64,000 nucleotides of DNA from NCBI GenBank assembly GCA_013239625.1, contig MU053652.1, positions 1,428,001 to 1,492,000 of the forward strand. Direction: 5' to 3'. Under the pieces are notes generated by a model. That model ran no database searches, was not told the DNA's origin, and was given only the letters and a program-made list of their open reading frames with translations. Positions within the stretch are counted from its first letter, which is position 1. Each line of letters opens with the position of its first letter. Both the position numbers and the translations under genes were made by a program. This document shows positions 1 to 12,863 of this stretch, in pieces. Origin of the DNA: Lama guanicoe (lineage: Eukaryota).

Positions 1-3000
1 GAGCAACACATAACAATCAGTATCTCCATTAAGTAGAACACACCTTGAACCACAATAGTTTAGCTCATGAAGCCAAGAAGAATAAAGTATTTTGAAAGCT
101 GGTCAGATGTTACCACGCTTAACTAATGTCTAGTGAACTTCTAGAAGATAACGGTCAAATCACAAAGTCCTCCCTTTGAAAAGTCAGTAACTTACTACAG
201 AAAATGTGCCAATGTGCAGTGGTTTGAAAAGTTGACTAAACATTATTAACAGCAAATGTGGACTGCTAAAAGCCAGGTACTTGTGGCCTGCCGGTCAACC
301 AGTGAGACTCTTCTCTACAGGAGCTCTGAGCTGCTGCTCTTTTGCTTCAAACTGAACAAGCGGCCAGATGTCCTCAGCCTCTCTGGCTTAGGAGTTGGGA
401 ACCTGTGGTTCTGAGCTAGGTCTTTCAGCCGACAGGTGTAATTGCTTGCCAGAAGCCTCCAGGATAATTCTTTCCCCCATTTCCGTGAGCTGTAGGTGCT
501 GACCCTTTCAAGATTAAGAACTAGAGTAGTTGAACAATTGAAAGAGCTGTAATAACTAACTGTGATGATTCTGTTTCGAGTTTCAATTCTTGAAAAGCTC
601 CTGCTTTGAATGAGTTAATGTTCATTTTCTCTCTCACTGCTCCCCCAGGTTTTCATCCATTTCTCATGTTCCCCCTCTCAATTACTCCATCTTTATCGCT
701 GCCTCTAGCCTCTTCTGTATGTTTAAACTTTTCTCACCCTTCTTGGCCTTTAAGGCCCACCTCCTGAGACATAATACTATGGCATTATCTTGGGTGTAGA
801 ATCCTGGGCTCTTGCTCTGAGTTCTGCTCTGTTGCCTCTTGGAGCAAGCCATGCCTCCTCAGGTTTCTCTCTGCCCGGTGGCCTGCTGTGGCTCTTCTGC
901 ATTACAGCAAGTGATTGTTGATACTTCCTTCCCTTCCCCAGCCTCCTAGTTCTTATGTATATTTAGTACTTCTTATCATTTAGTGGTTTCTCATATTTGT
1001 AGTTCTTAATTTATAAACCTGGTCAATGGAACTTTTTAAGTTCTGTGAAAAAAAAACTAAATATGTATTTAATTCTCTGTGACCTTTGTATTTTCCCTAT
1101 AGTTTATGATCCTCATTAGAGGAAAATGGTTCTCTTTCCCTTCCCCCAGAGAATTTACCGAGTGGGCAGTCTGTGTCCATCCTTCGATGTCTCCCCAGGA
1201 CTTGTAGCCAGTTTGTGCCCATGAGACCCATGATCCAACCCCCCTCCCCCACCCTCAGGACAGGAGACCATGGTGCCAACGCTCTGCTACCTGCATTAGT
1301 CTGAACAGTACATATGCTGGTTAACTCAATTCCACAGTTTATTTTTAAATTTATATTGAATATTTGTTTAAGTCTCTTGTCCTGCTGAATCTAAGAGAAT
1401 GCAGAATGTTACGGTTTTCAGTTTTCACTGTCTCCTTCCCTTGACCTACTTAGTGTCGGAGGTGCCAACAGTGACTGGAACTATATAAAGGGAATTAAAG
1501 GGACTTACTATTCAGAAGACAGAATACTAGCTCTTGGAGATCAAGGCTGTGTGAGAGAAGGGCTGGACATTATCCCCATGAAGTCCTTTTCATTCTCTAG
1601 CTCCGTCATTCAGAATCCACTGTAATTTGAGCACAGAAGTGTTTTTTACTTTTTTCAATTTAGATGATTTAAAGCTGTATCCACTCACTGTCACCCCCAG
1701 CCTGCTCATGGCCCAGGGAGGTGGGAGCAGTCAGTGATTTTTTCAGGTTCAGTGAGGTGGGAAACTTCAAGGCTGCCTTTGCATACCAAGGAGGTTCACT
1801 CTTGCTCGAATGTACCTTGGAGAGCAATGATGGTAGATTGACTTGATAAGCACCAAAGACAAAGTGGACTTGTTCTCCCGTACCCGGAATGAGATCCCCT
1901 CACTCTTCGGACAGGGTCCCTAACACTAAGAATTTGGACCTAAGTACCAGAGAGCTTCAGGAACTTTCAATTCTATTACCTTCCAAAGCCCAAAGTCACT
2001 GGGTCCTAGGTTTGGGAGGAAGACAGCCAACCACCTAATTCTCCTACTTCCAGGCTGATGTTTGAATGAAGATGATGAAATTGTGTATTTCATGTGCAGT
2101 GTTCCCTCTCTACCCCCTGTGCCTCCAGCCTCAGCACTGCTGGCAGAAGCCCTACAGAAAAAGGTTAATTGATTCAGGGGAGAAAGCAAAAGTCATCATC
2201 CAAATCAAGTGTCTTCCACTTTTCTTACAGTTGCCTTGAACCTCCGAATAGACCCTCCACCTTCTCTCGACCAAAACAGCTGCCCTATATTTTGGGGAAG
2301 AGCCCAGTGTTCAGCCTAATTTGGATTCAGGAAATGTGGTCACCATATTTATGACTTTCCGTTAAGGAAGTTGGAAACTGAAAATTGAATCTATCGAGTT
2401 CGGTCCCTGAAACTCCCTCAAACCAAGTCAACTCTAAAATGAAAAACATCTGTGCTTCAATTTAATGAAATGCTTCAAACCTCTTGAAGTGAGTTTGATT
2501 AGGTGAGGCCTCCACGCACTTCAAAGATCTTCCCATGCAGAAAAGCTTGACTTCCCTCACCTCTCTGTCCCAGTCGTAGTCTCTACCTCTCCTGGAAGGA
2601 TCCTTACTGGGCTATGGCCACTGTCACTTTGCTGAGAGGCAGTCTGCTTTGAATATAATCCTTCAAAGTAAATTACATTTCCATAATAGCTTTTAAATGC
2701 AAATACAGAAGCCAGAGGTCAGTGGCCAAGTTGCTGGGTACCACTCTGCTCTAGCTATGCCTTCCCTGCCTTAGACTTCATCCTGGTGTAGGGAATGGCC
2801 TGCCAGGGCAGGACCCCAGGTGGCCCGTATTTAGGGAGCCTCCTGCAGCCCTTCTCTGTTGGGTCTGCCCACTGGCCAGGCTGCTGCCGGGCCCTCGGCC
2901 TTGCCCACCCTCTCCCTCTCCCTGGAGAATATGTACAATAGGGGTTGAAGGCCAGATGACTGGGGCCAATTGCTTATTATCTGCTGCCTGTGCAGTTCAA

Positions 3001-3719
3001 GAGACAAGAGTAAAAATCATTTTCTTCATTTCACAGCCACAGGCCATGTTTCTCAGTCAGCATCAAAACAGAAACGCAACGCCAGCCTGCAGATTTTAGC
3101 TTTGCTCTGCATCTCCCTAAGGTAATGTGCACCCTGGTCTCAGAAGCGTGACCATGAAGTCATTGAAAATATTATTCAACACAGAGTTGAAAAGGCAGTG
3201 TCATTTTATTCCAAGCTTGGAAGGTTGGCTGCAGAGCAAGAGCTGGAAACTGCTTTAGCAGAGGGTGGACAGGATGTCAGCTAACCTGCTGTTGGGAGTT
3301 GGAGTTACCTCAGTGTTCTTAAAATGCCTTTGCAGCAGTCACGTTTTAAGTATGAACCCAAAATAAAAGAGCCCACACTCCTTACCCTCACACCGAACTT
3401 AACACAGAACTTGGAAATCTCAGTAACTAGGCAGAAGGTGCTTTTCTTCCATTGGAGATGAATTTATCAGGGAAGTTAGATGTTATTGTATTGAAGCAGA
3501 AGAGGGGTTATGAATCTCCATTAAGATACTGCTGTTTCAGGAACATCAGAAGTTACTGTCCTGAGTTTTTGTAGCCACTTCAGCTCCGTCCTCCATATAG
3601 GAGCGGCTGATTCGTCACCTTGCGGGTCAGCTTGTGCCACTTAGTGCACCAGTGGCGTTTTCTTGCACCTGGGAGACGCGCTTTTCAGCCATTGTACCCT
3701 GTCACGCTGGCCTTGCCTG

Positions 3720-5460
3720 AGTCATTCATACATTAACTCGTCTAATCCACAGAGCCTACCCCTGTGTCCCAGGCACTGTTATGGGCGTCAGGGGAATAGT
3801 GATCAACGTGATAGACAAGACAGAGGTCCTGACCCTATGGAGTTTATGTTCTTTGGGAGGGGAGGGGGCTTGAACGATACTGTGAGGAAGTAGTAAGTGT
3901 CATGCACAGTGTTAAGGAGGGCCGAGGAGTAGTTCAGGGAGAGGGACTAGGGCTTCAGGGTGGGTGTGCTCTGTTAGACTGGGCGGTGGAAACAGCTGAA
4001 AGGAAAGCCATTTGGTGGATCCTTGATTGTAGTGAGGGAACCATTTGTATGAAGATCTGGGGAAGTGCATTCCAGGCTGGGGGAACAGTAAGCACGAAGG
4101 TCCTGAGGCAGGAACAAGTTTGGTTTGTTAGGGGAGCAGCAAGGGAGTCCTTGGGGTTTGAGTGGAGTGAAAAAGATAGTGTCAGAGACGGGTTCAGAGA
4201 GGCAGGCAGGGGCGACAGGTAGGGCTTTTTCACCATGGACTTTGTCCGTGGTAAGAATTTAAGTTTTATGCTGAACATGATAAGAAAAAAAAAACCTAGA
4301 AAACAAAAACAGAGTTTGATGCAGGGCCACAAATTGATCTGATGTACATTTTTGAAAGTTCACTTGCTGCTGTGTGAAGAATTATGTGACATATGGATAA
4401 CGAGGAAGCAGGGAGAACGTTAGGAGGTTGTAGCTTCCTAATGAAGTAGGAGGGGGTGACTTGGACTAGGGTGATAGCAGTGGAGGAAGTGAGAGTCACC
4501 AGACATAGGACATCTATAGGTAAAAGTGGACCCAGCAAGACTGACGACTGCAGTAGATGTGGGTGTGAGGAAAAGTGTAAGAACCCCAAGATTTCCTCAA
4601 GCAGCTAGCAGAATGGCGGTACCATTTACTGTGCTGGAGACACAGTACTAGCAGGTTCAAATTTGATCATGTCAGGTTTAATATATAAAGTGCAATTCCT
4701 AGTACAAGTGCAGTAGGCCTTTAGGTGTGTGCCACGGCTCGATAGAATACCGAGCTGTCCCAGTCGAGATTGTACAGAGCCTTGGCACTGACTGAACTCA
4801 CCTAGCGCGTGAATGTGGAGAATGAAGAGGGTTGAAGACTTAGCTCTGCGGCTTTTAGGAGGAGTGGGGTTTGAGGAGCAAAGAGGAATGAGAGGACAGG
4901 CATTGAGGTGGGAGACAAGTCAAGGTCAACTTGGAGGTCAAGAGAAGAAAGTGTTTCAAGAAGGGAATGACCAGCTGTGTTAAATGCTGCTGGTGGATTG
5001 AATAAGATGAAGACAGGATTAGCCAGTGGATTGAGGAACATGAAGGCCACTTGCTGAGCAGTTTTGGTGACTGATGAGAATGAAAGCCTGACCACATGGA
5101 GTTGAAAGAATGGGTTTGGAAAGTGGAGACAGTGAGGAAAGGCAGCATTTTTGAGTAGTTTTGCTAAGAGGGGAGAAGAAGCGGGAAGTAGGTAGAGGAG
5201 ATGAGATGTTCTAGGGAGGTTTCTTTTTAAGACTGGAGATATTGTAGCTCATTTTGTATGCCAATAGAAATAACCAGAAAGGAGAAATTAAGTGAAAAGC
5301 CCTTGAGCGGGCCAAAAAGAAGGATTCAGGTTTAGAGCAGAGACAGTTCCTCTGTTGTGACAGGAAGGAAGGTCAAGTTCACGCACATAGATTCAGGCAG
5401 GCTAATGGATTTGGTCGTGAGAGGAGGAGGTCATTCTCAAGTGATGGCTTATACCTTCTG
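3720..5460 (-). mobile_element. L2 LINE (L2a-like), long degraded fragment
   Basis: Begins with tcattcat (antisense L2 3' tail), followed by purine-rich antisense L2 body. The minus-strand translation (SLTLSFSLHSN...TFVLTVPPAWNALP) is typical of L2-derived sequence. Boundaries approximate. Confidence 0.8.
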
Positions 5461-5794
5461 ATCAGCCATGAGGAGTATCCCAAGTTAATGTTCACTAGAA
5501 AACTGAGTGTCATCCTTTCTTCCTTCTTGAATGACTTAAGCCCAAAAAACCATTAAGTGGGACCACACAAGGTAGGCCTTCATGCAGGAGGAGGGGGTGA
5601 TGGTGGCCCAGAGTGGGATGCCTGAGCAGGGTGAGAACATGTCAGTTCATGGTGTTGGAGCCTGAGTGATGGGAGGATGGCTGCCTTGGTGGGGGGAAGA
5701 ATGGTGGCAGTAGCAATGGGAAAGGGGTTCTATACAGAGGACACTGATCCAATAAATAAGTGTATTGAGGATAATGGGAGCCAGATCTCTTATG

Positions 5795-6075
5795 GTCAGG
5801 TAACAAGTGTCGGTGAGGATGTGGAGGAAAGGGAACCCATGTGCACTGTTGGTGGGAATGTAAATTGGTGCAGCTACTATGGAAACATTAAAAATAGAAT
5901 TTCTGGATGATCCAGCAATTCTACTATTGGGATTTATCTATAGAAAAAGAAAACTCTAACTCAGAAAGGTATATGCATCCCCATGTTCACTGCAGCATTG
6001 TTTATTGCAATTAGTTACTGCAGTAGCCAAGATATGGAAGCAGCCTAAGTATACACTGATGGATGAATTTGGATA

Positions 6076-6131
<56 letters not shown>

Positions 6132-6852
6132 CGGAATACTGTTTAACCATAAAAAGGAAATATTGCCATTTGTGACAACATAGATGGACCTTAAGGACAT
6201 TACAATTAGTTATGCAGTAGCCAAGATATGGAAGCAGCCTAAGTATACACTGATGGATGAATTTGGATAAAGTGTGTGTGTGTGTGTGTGTGTAAAACGG
6301 AATACTGTTTAACCATAAAAAGGAAATATTGCCATTTGTGACAACATAGATGGACCTTAAGGACATTATGGAAATTGAAATAAGTCAGAGAAAGACAAAT
6401 AATCATGTGATCTCAGATACCATCTGTGGAATCTTACAGAATGAGCTCTGGATTCAGAGAACAGATTGGTGGCCGCCAGAGGCAGGGAGTTGGGGGGTGG
6501 GTGAAATGGGTAAAGTTGGTCAAAAGGTACAAACTCCCAGCTGTAAAATAAGTATGTCTCAGCTATAAGTGTGTCCCAGCTATAAAATAAGTAAATGTAA
6601 AATAAACAAAATAAGCTATAAAATAAATAATAAGGGATGTAAGTTACAGTATGGTGACTATAGTTAATAATACTGTATCAAATACTTGAAAGTTGCTGAG
6701 AGAGTAGATCTTAAAGTTCTCATCACAAGAAAAATATTTGTAACTATATATGGTAATGGATAATAACTAGACTTATTGTGATCATTTCACAATATATACA
6801 AATATTGAATCATGCGCACCTGAAACTAATATGTCAATTATATCTCAATTAA
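5795..6852 (+). mobile_element. L1 3' end (ORF2 C-terminus plus 3' UTR, L1MA-like) with internal tandem duplication
   Basis: Motifs GEDVEEREPMCTVGGNVNWCS, ccatgttcactgcagcatt and gtaaaataag...gtgactatagttaataatactgta; ends at tatctcaatt. Confidence 0.9.
6008..6368. repeat. Direct tandem duplication (6008-6202 and 6203-6368), each copy with a (TG)n microsatellite
   Basis: The copies are identical by eye except (TG)24 at 6079-6126 versus (TG)10 at 6273-6292 and one base near the start (ttactgcag vs ttatgcag). Confidence 0.95.
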
Positions 6853-6909
6853 CTGTATGTATGTACATGTGTATATATACATAACTATATGTGTGTGTGT
6901 GTGTAGATA

Positions 6910-8480
6910 GATGGTGCTGGGTCAATTGGATATCACATGGAACAAAAGGGAACCTGGACCCTGCATCATTCCTTACTTAGAAGTCAGTTTTAATTGGAGT
7001 GTCATTTAAATGAGTAAAACTCTAATGTTTCTAGAATACAATGTAGAAGAATAGCTTCATGACCTTATTATAAGGAAATATTTCCTAAACAAGGTTCAAA
7101 AACACTATATGGGAAAAGGTTGATAAACTGCATTACTTTAAAATTAAGAATTTCTGTTCATTAAGACACCACGAAGAGAGTGAAAAGGGAAATCTTAAGA
7201 GAGAAGGCATTTGTGAAGCATAAGTCAACAAAGGGTTCACATCCAGACTACAGAAAGAACTACAAATCAGTAAGAAAAAGGCAACCAAACAGAAAAATGA
7301 GCAAGAGACTGAAATAAGCACTTCACAGAAGTAAATATCTACATGGCCAATAAACTTATTAAATGTACTCAACAGCATCACCAATTAGGGAAATGCAAAT
7401 TAAAATCACAATGAGATGCCACTGTTTATCCACCAGAATGGGAAAAATTAAAGAGAGAAAATACCGACTGTCGACAAGGATGTAAAGCAACTAGCTTCTA
7501 ACACATTGCTGGTAAGAGTGCAAATTGGTACAACCAATTTGGGAAATGATCTGGCATTATCTACTAAGGCTGAACATGTTATCTTAGTTATAAGAGAATT
7601 ACTTGAGATGATGGGGTGGCTTTTAAACAACAGAAATCTATTCCTCACAGTTCTGGAGGCTGGGAGGTCCAAGATCAAAGTGCTGGTGGATTTGGTGTCT
7701 GGTGAAGCCTGCTTCTAGTTTACAGATGGCCACCTCCCTATATCCTCACATGAGGGTAAGGGTGAGGGAGCTCTCTGGGGTCTCTTTTGTAAGGGCACTA
7801 ATCCCATTCATGACAGATCTACCCTTATGACCTAATCACTTCCCAAAGGCTCCACCTCCAAAGACTGTCACACTGGGATTAGGTCTCAGCGTATGAATTG
7901 GGGAGGTAGGGACATAAACATACAGTCTGTAGCACAGATCTGTATCTCATTACCCAGTAGTGCTGTTCCTAGGTACATACCTACAGAATGTTCAACAGCA
8001 TTCAAAATAGCTACAAAGTAGAAACAACCAAATGTGCATTATAGTGAAAACAATGAATATATTGAGGCACATGGGATATTATACAGTAATACTGATGAAC
8101 AAGTTATGGTTCCACATAAAAATGAACAATTCTCACAAACTGTTGAGCAAAATAAGTCAAGGACTAAACACGTATAATTCCGTTCCTATAAAATTCTTAA
8201 AATGGCAAAATAAATGATAGTGTTTATGGATGGATGCTTATGAGGTATACAGGAAAATAAGGAAGAGCTATCACAAATGGATAGCAGTTATGTTTCTGAG
8301 GGTCAGGGGGGTACTGATGAGAGGGTGCACAAATGGGCCTTCAGGGGTCCTGTGATGTTGTTTCTTTGGGTAATGGATCTACTTAATTTATGATAATTCA
8401 TTGAGCTGTACGTCTGTTTTGTGTGCTTCACTGTGTGTCTTATGCTTCACAATAAAAAGGACTCAAAATAAATTTAAACA
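6910..8480 (+). mobile_element. Old L1 (L1MD/L1ME-like) ORF2 3' part and 3' UTR, interrupted by an MLT1 LTR
   Basis: aaaattaagaatttctgttca, attagggaaatgcaaattaaaatcacaatgagatgccac, and a terminal aataaaa near 8451. Confidence 0.85.
7577..7935 (-). mobile_element. MaLR solo LTR (MLT1A-like) nested in L1
   Basis: aaacaacagaaatctattcctcacagttctggaggctgggaggtccaagatcaa ... actaatcccattcatga ... tctgtagca matches the antisense MLT1 consensus as recalled. Confidence 0.85.
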
Positions 8481-8529
8481 GATTCAAGCTTATCCCTATG
8501 ACGAAGTCATTTCCCCTCTCGATAATACC

Positions 8530-8755
8530 TACTAGTAACTGACATTTGTTGAAGGGTATTCTGAGCTGGGCACTGTATTGAGCATTTTACATACATTACC
8601 TCTGATTGCAGTAATCCTGTAAGTTAGCTACTTTTACTATCCTCACTTTCCAGATAAGGAAGCCGAGGCTTAGAGGGGTTAAGTAATGCGCCAAGGGTCA
8701 ATACAGCTAGTAAGCGGCAGCCCAGTCCTACCCTGCCCAGAAGTCTAGCTCTTCG
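8530..8755 (-). mobile_element. MIR SINE
   Basis: Antisense MIR core: cagataaggaagccgaggcttagaggggttaagtaatgcgccaagggtca...cagctagtaag. Confidence 0.85.
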
Positions 8756-9094
8756 TGTTGGCATGTTCTCTCTGCACATGCGTCATGCTGCTGCTCCATC
8801 TTTAGGGCCCCTGGATCCCCAGGCATCCATTGCAGCGCAGTTTTACAGTACAAGTTTTCAATAAAAGTCTAGTGAATAATGAATAAAATCCCCATTCTTG
8901 TCATCCGCTTCCTCCTATGTCCTGGGTGCGGCAGTGCTAGATTTTCTTTCCTGAGTAAAGTGACAGAGGTTTCCAGCAGAGGGAAGAGTAACAGGAAAAG
9001 CCTCCTACTTGTGGCTGATGCTACTTTTGCTCGGTGGGGTCTGTCAGACAAATTCCCTACTTCCTTTTTGACTTTCCCTGAGCTCCAAGACATC

Positions 9095-9310
9095 CGCTTA
9101 ACGACCTCCCGTGCCCTCCCCTGGCCCGACCCCCCGGAAGCAGGGATGCAGAGGCGGCCTGAATGTGTGCGCGCCTGCCGCTCCCGCCTCCGCCTCCAGA
9201 GGGCGTCCTGGCGCAGCTCCACAGGCCCCAGGTGGGCCAGAAGGTGCGGGGTGCAGAGCCCAGGCGTTCTAAATAAAACTCCTAGTCCCACGTCGCTGCT
9301 CCTTTCCCGA
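9095..9310. promoter_or_regulatory. Short GC/CpG-rich unique patch; candidate promoter or enhancer
   Basis: Local CpG enrichment, GC-box-like cccgcctccgcctcc (~9183-9197), gtgcgcgcctgc (~9167), and AT-rich taaataaaa at 9270. Motif inference only. Confidence 0.3.
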
Positions 9311-10024
9311 GGTCTTCTGAGGCAAAAAGACTTGGGAAGGAAGGTGACTAACTGTTGGTCTGGAACCAGTTCGGTGGAACCTGTTCCACACACAAGGGCT
9401 TTGAAGCTGGAGCTCCTCACTGATGCACTGGATACAAAGCAGCTGCGTGGGGCTCAGCCTTTGCCACCTGCCTTCCCCGTGTGCTCTTTTCCTGGTGTTA
9501 GAAGATTAAAAATAAACAACAGCTACAAAAAAAAAAAGGAATCAGAGTTTGAGATTTCTACACATCTTTTCCTGGATGATTGTGACCACACTCTCAAGTT
9601 GTCCAAAACAGCTAATTATTTATGATTCTGCCCCCTACCCTCACCTCTCCCAAACAGGCTCCTTCTCCTGGTTTATGACACCCACCAATCCACTCACCTT
9701 ATGTTCCCATCACCTGAGCCTGAAGTCTAGGGGTCCCTGGACTCCCTCATCTGCCCACCCACGAGTACCACGCATTTGGACCTGACAGTCTTTCAGAGCC
9801 AGAGGAACTGGGCCAATCCTTTGTTTTAAAGACAAAATGAAGCCACGTAAATAACGTCCCTAGCTTAGAGTGAGAATTACTAGGCACTAAAAAAATTACA
9901 GGTGGTCTCTGATGTCCTTCAGGAAAATCTCTATAAATCTGTAGAGGGTGATTAAGAGGGTCAAGGACACTTCCACGTCTTCTTTTCATAATCTCTCACC
10001 CTAGAATGTAATGAATGATGCTTG

Positions 10025-10550
10025 CTGTGGCCTACCTGAACATTAATATTCTTCTTTACTGATAGAACCTTGAGTTTGTTCAAGTCTCAGCCTTTCAGGA
10101 GAAACTAGCCTTCCCTACCCCACCCCACGGATCACTCGATTAACTTAAACAATAGTGTAATTCCACTTTCCTTGCCAGTGATTGGTTTGGGAATGTGCAT
10201 GTGACATAATTCTAGCCAGTGAGGAGTGAGGGAAGTTTCCTGGGTGCTCCTGGGAAAGTTGAAAGCGACACTGAGGCTGGGTCATGTGTCCCCGACGGCC
10301 TCTGGTGTTGCTCTGTGTGTGAACGAGGCTGGGAGTGTTGGTGCCCACACTGTGATCATGGAGTAATGGGTCTGTGGACACAAACCAAGACATGGGGTAG
10401 GAGGGACAAAAGATGAGTAGAGCCCGAGCATCAGTTGAAACAGTTCTATCACTGACATTTTGTTACACCAGTTGGTATATTTCTGATTTTCATTTATGTG
10501 GTTGGATTGAGTTTGCTGTTACTTGAAGCTGAAATCCTAACTGATTTGTC
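10025..10550 (+). mobile_element. ERVL-class solo LTR (LTR16-like)
   Basis: ccttgccagtgattggttt...catgtgacataattctagccagtgag...gggaagtttcctggg...ctgttacttgaagctgaaatcctaactgat resembles LTR16 family. Confidence 0.7.
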
Positions 10551-10784
10551 TGCTGTTGACAAAGATGTGGTCTTCTCCCCCACTCCCTGTTCTCCTTCCA
10601 TCCTGAGGGCACCAATGCCAGGCTAGCCTTTCTCTTAGCAGGGGTTGGGCTTTTAATGAGACCCTTATAATCTGCCACCTGAGTCTCCTCATCAAATCCT
10701 TATTCAGGGTTAGACTTTTAATCTCTAGTCATGGCGTAGAACAGTGTTAAATGAAGTCCCCAGTCAGGTCTGTCAGAATCACAT

Positions 10785-11635
10785 GGGAAATAAGCAAAGG
10801 ATCTGAATAGACCTTTCTTCAAAGATGTACAAAATGATCAGTAAACACCTGAAAAGACATCCCACATCACTAATCATTAGGGAAATGCAAATCAAAACCA
10901 CAGTAAGATGCTACCTCACACCCACTGGGAAGGCTGTGATCAGTATCAACATTATCAAGTATAGGTGAGGACGTGGAGTAATTAGAACTCGCAATTACTG
11001 CTGGTGGGGATGAAATGGTGCAGCTGCTTTAGGAAAGAGTCTAGCAGTCCTCATAATGGTTAAATGTAGAACTGCTATAGAACCCAGCAACTCCACCTCT
11101 AGGAATATACCCAAGAGAAATGAAAACATAGGCCCCCACAAACACTTGTACGTGAATGTTCATAGCAGCATTATTCATAATAGCCCCAAAGTAGAAACAG
11201 CTCAAATGCCCATCAAGCTGATGAATGAATAAACAACAATAAATTGTGGCATATCCACATAATGGATTATCTGATAATAAAAAGGAATGAAGTTCTGGTG
11301 CTTGCTACCATGTGGATGAGCCTGGGGAATATTTCTCGAAGTGAAAGAAGCCAGTCACACAAAAAAGACATACTGTGTGATTCCATTTATATGAAGTGTC
11401 CGGAACAGGCACATCTAGAGAGACAAAGTGGATTAGTGGTTTTCAGGGGCCAGGTGTTAGGGAAAGTGAGGAGTGACTGCTGAAAGGGATAGGGGTGAAG
11501 AAAACGTTCGAAAATTAGATTGCGGTAATAGTTGCAGAACTCTGAGTGCTAAATACTAGAAACCATTGAATTGTGTACTTTAAATGGGCGAATTTTATGG
11601 TATGTGAATTATATCTCAATAAAGATGTTTGCAAA
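10785..11635 (+). mobile_element. L1MB-like 3' end
   Basis: atcattagggaaatgcaaatcaaaaccaca, gaatgttcatagcagcattattcataatagcc, ending tgtgaattatatctcaataaag. Confidence 0.9.
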
Positions 11636-11769
11636 AGAGATCCAAGTAAATAATTTTTGCTTTCTGAATTTGTAAGAATTGGAATCGCTCCCATTCATCT
11701 GTTATAAAATAACAGTACAGGCAAAAATCCTTGCTCTCTAGAATAATAGTAAATGTGGTTTTTATGCAT

Positions 11770-11880
11770 TTTAAAAAGGGTCACCTGGGGTGTTTATAGA
11801 TGCCCTGGCATCACCTGAGACCTGCAGATTGGACCCTATGGGAGTGAGCTCCTCAGTGATGCTAAAGTTTGGCAACCAAA
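11770..11880. mobile_element. MER5-like hAT (Charlie) MITE fragment
   Basis: tcacctggggtgtttat...gatgctaaagtttggcaacc resembles MER5A. Confidence 0.5.
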
Positions 11881-12004
11881 AGATCAGAGAAGCATTCTGG
11901 CCTTCAGAATAATGGTTCCCAGCTAGTGGAAGGTGTTTATTTGCATAAAGGATGCTGAGTGTTCCATACATAACTGTGTCACAGTGCATGACGAACACAC
12001 AATT

Positions 12005-12210
12005 ATAGCAGAGTTTAGAGTCTCGTAGACCTTGTCTTGAGTCCTGGTTAACCTGAATGTTGTGTGAACTCTGGAAAGTGATTTAAACCTCTTCAAGTCT
12101 GTTTTATAATCCATAAAATGGGAATAAGGACATCACTTCCATGGGGCTGATGTAATAACAGAAGTTAAAAGCCTAAGGTGCTTCATACAGTGTCTGGGAC
12201 CCCATAAGCT
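12005..12210 (+). mobile_element. MIR SINE (degraded)
   Basis: gtgatttaacctcttcaagtctgttttataatccataaaatgggaataagg. Confidence 0.7.
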
Positions 12211-12550
12211 TTTATCTGAGTGGCATAAAGGAGTTGATGTATTCTGAAGTCCATCCTTATATCAGTTTAAGTCTTAGGAAAACACTGTATTTGAAGGACA
12301 TTGGCTCAAAGGCACACAGAAATGCCTTTATTGAACTGCTAGGCATACGATGAAGTCTGTAGAATAAAAGCCCCTTGAGAGTAAGGCTCTGTTTTTGGCT
12401 CCATGCTGCATTATCAGTGTCTGAAGGGTAGTGGTTCTTTCCTTAAATGTTTGTTGAGTGCATGAAAAATGCACAGGTTTCCAGCAATTACTGTGAATTA
12501 ATGTTCCCTGAGTCCCTTGTCATAATGTGAGCCTGATTGTGGATGTCTGG

Positions 12551-12863
12551 TGTCTTTGCTTGGCTACTTGGCTTAAACAACAGATATTTATTTCTCACAG
12601 TTCTGAAGACTGGGAAATCCGAGACCAAGGCGCTGACTGACTCAGTTCCTAGTGAGAAATCTGGCTTAAAGACAGCTGCTTTCTTGCTCTGTCCTCACAG
12701 CTGTGTCTCCTTCCTGTAAAGCCACTAATCCCATTATAAGGGCCCCACCCTCATGTCCTCGTCTAACCTTCCAAAGGCTCTATTTTCAGTTACCATCACA
12801 CTGTCAGTTAGGGTTTCAACATATGAATCTGGGGAGGGGGGACACATATTTCAGTCCATAGCA
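12551..12863 (-). mobile_element. MaLR solo LTR (MLT1A/B-like)
   Basis: TG...CA ends (tgtctt...tccatagca), MLT1 internal motifs, and a 5-bp TSD tctgg (12546-50)/cctgg (12864-68). Confidence 0.85.

Noticed and set aside
8879..9625. Longest ORF (248 aa, +) and the overlapping 183-aa minus-strand ORF
   Set aside because: No recognisable domain; Arg/Ser/Pro/Leu-rich composition typical of chance ORFs across a GC-rich patch; no exon structure.
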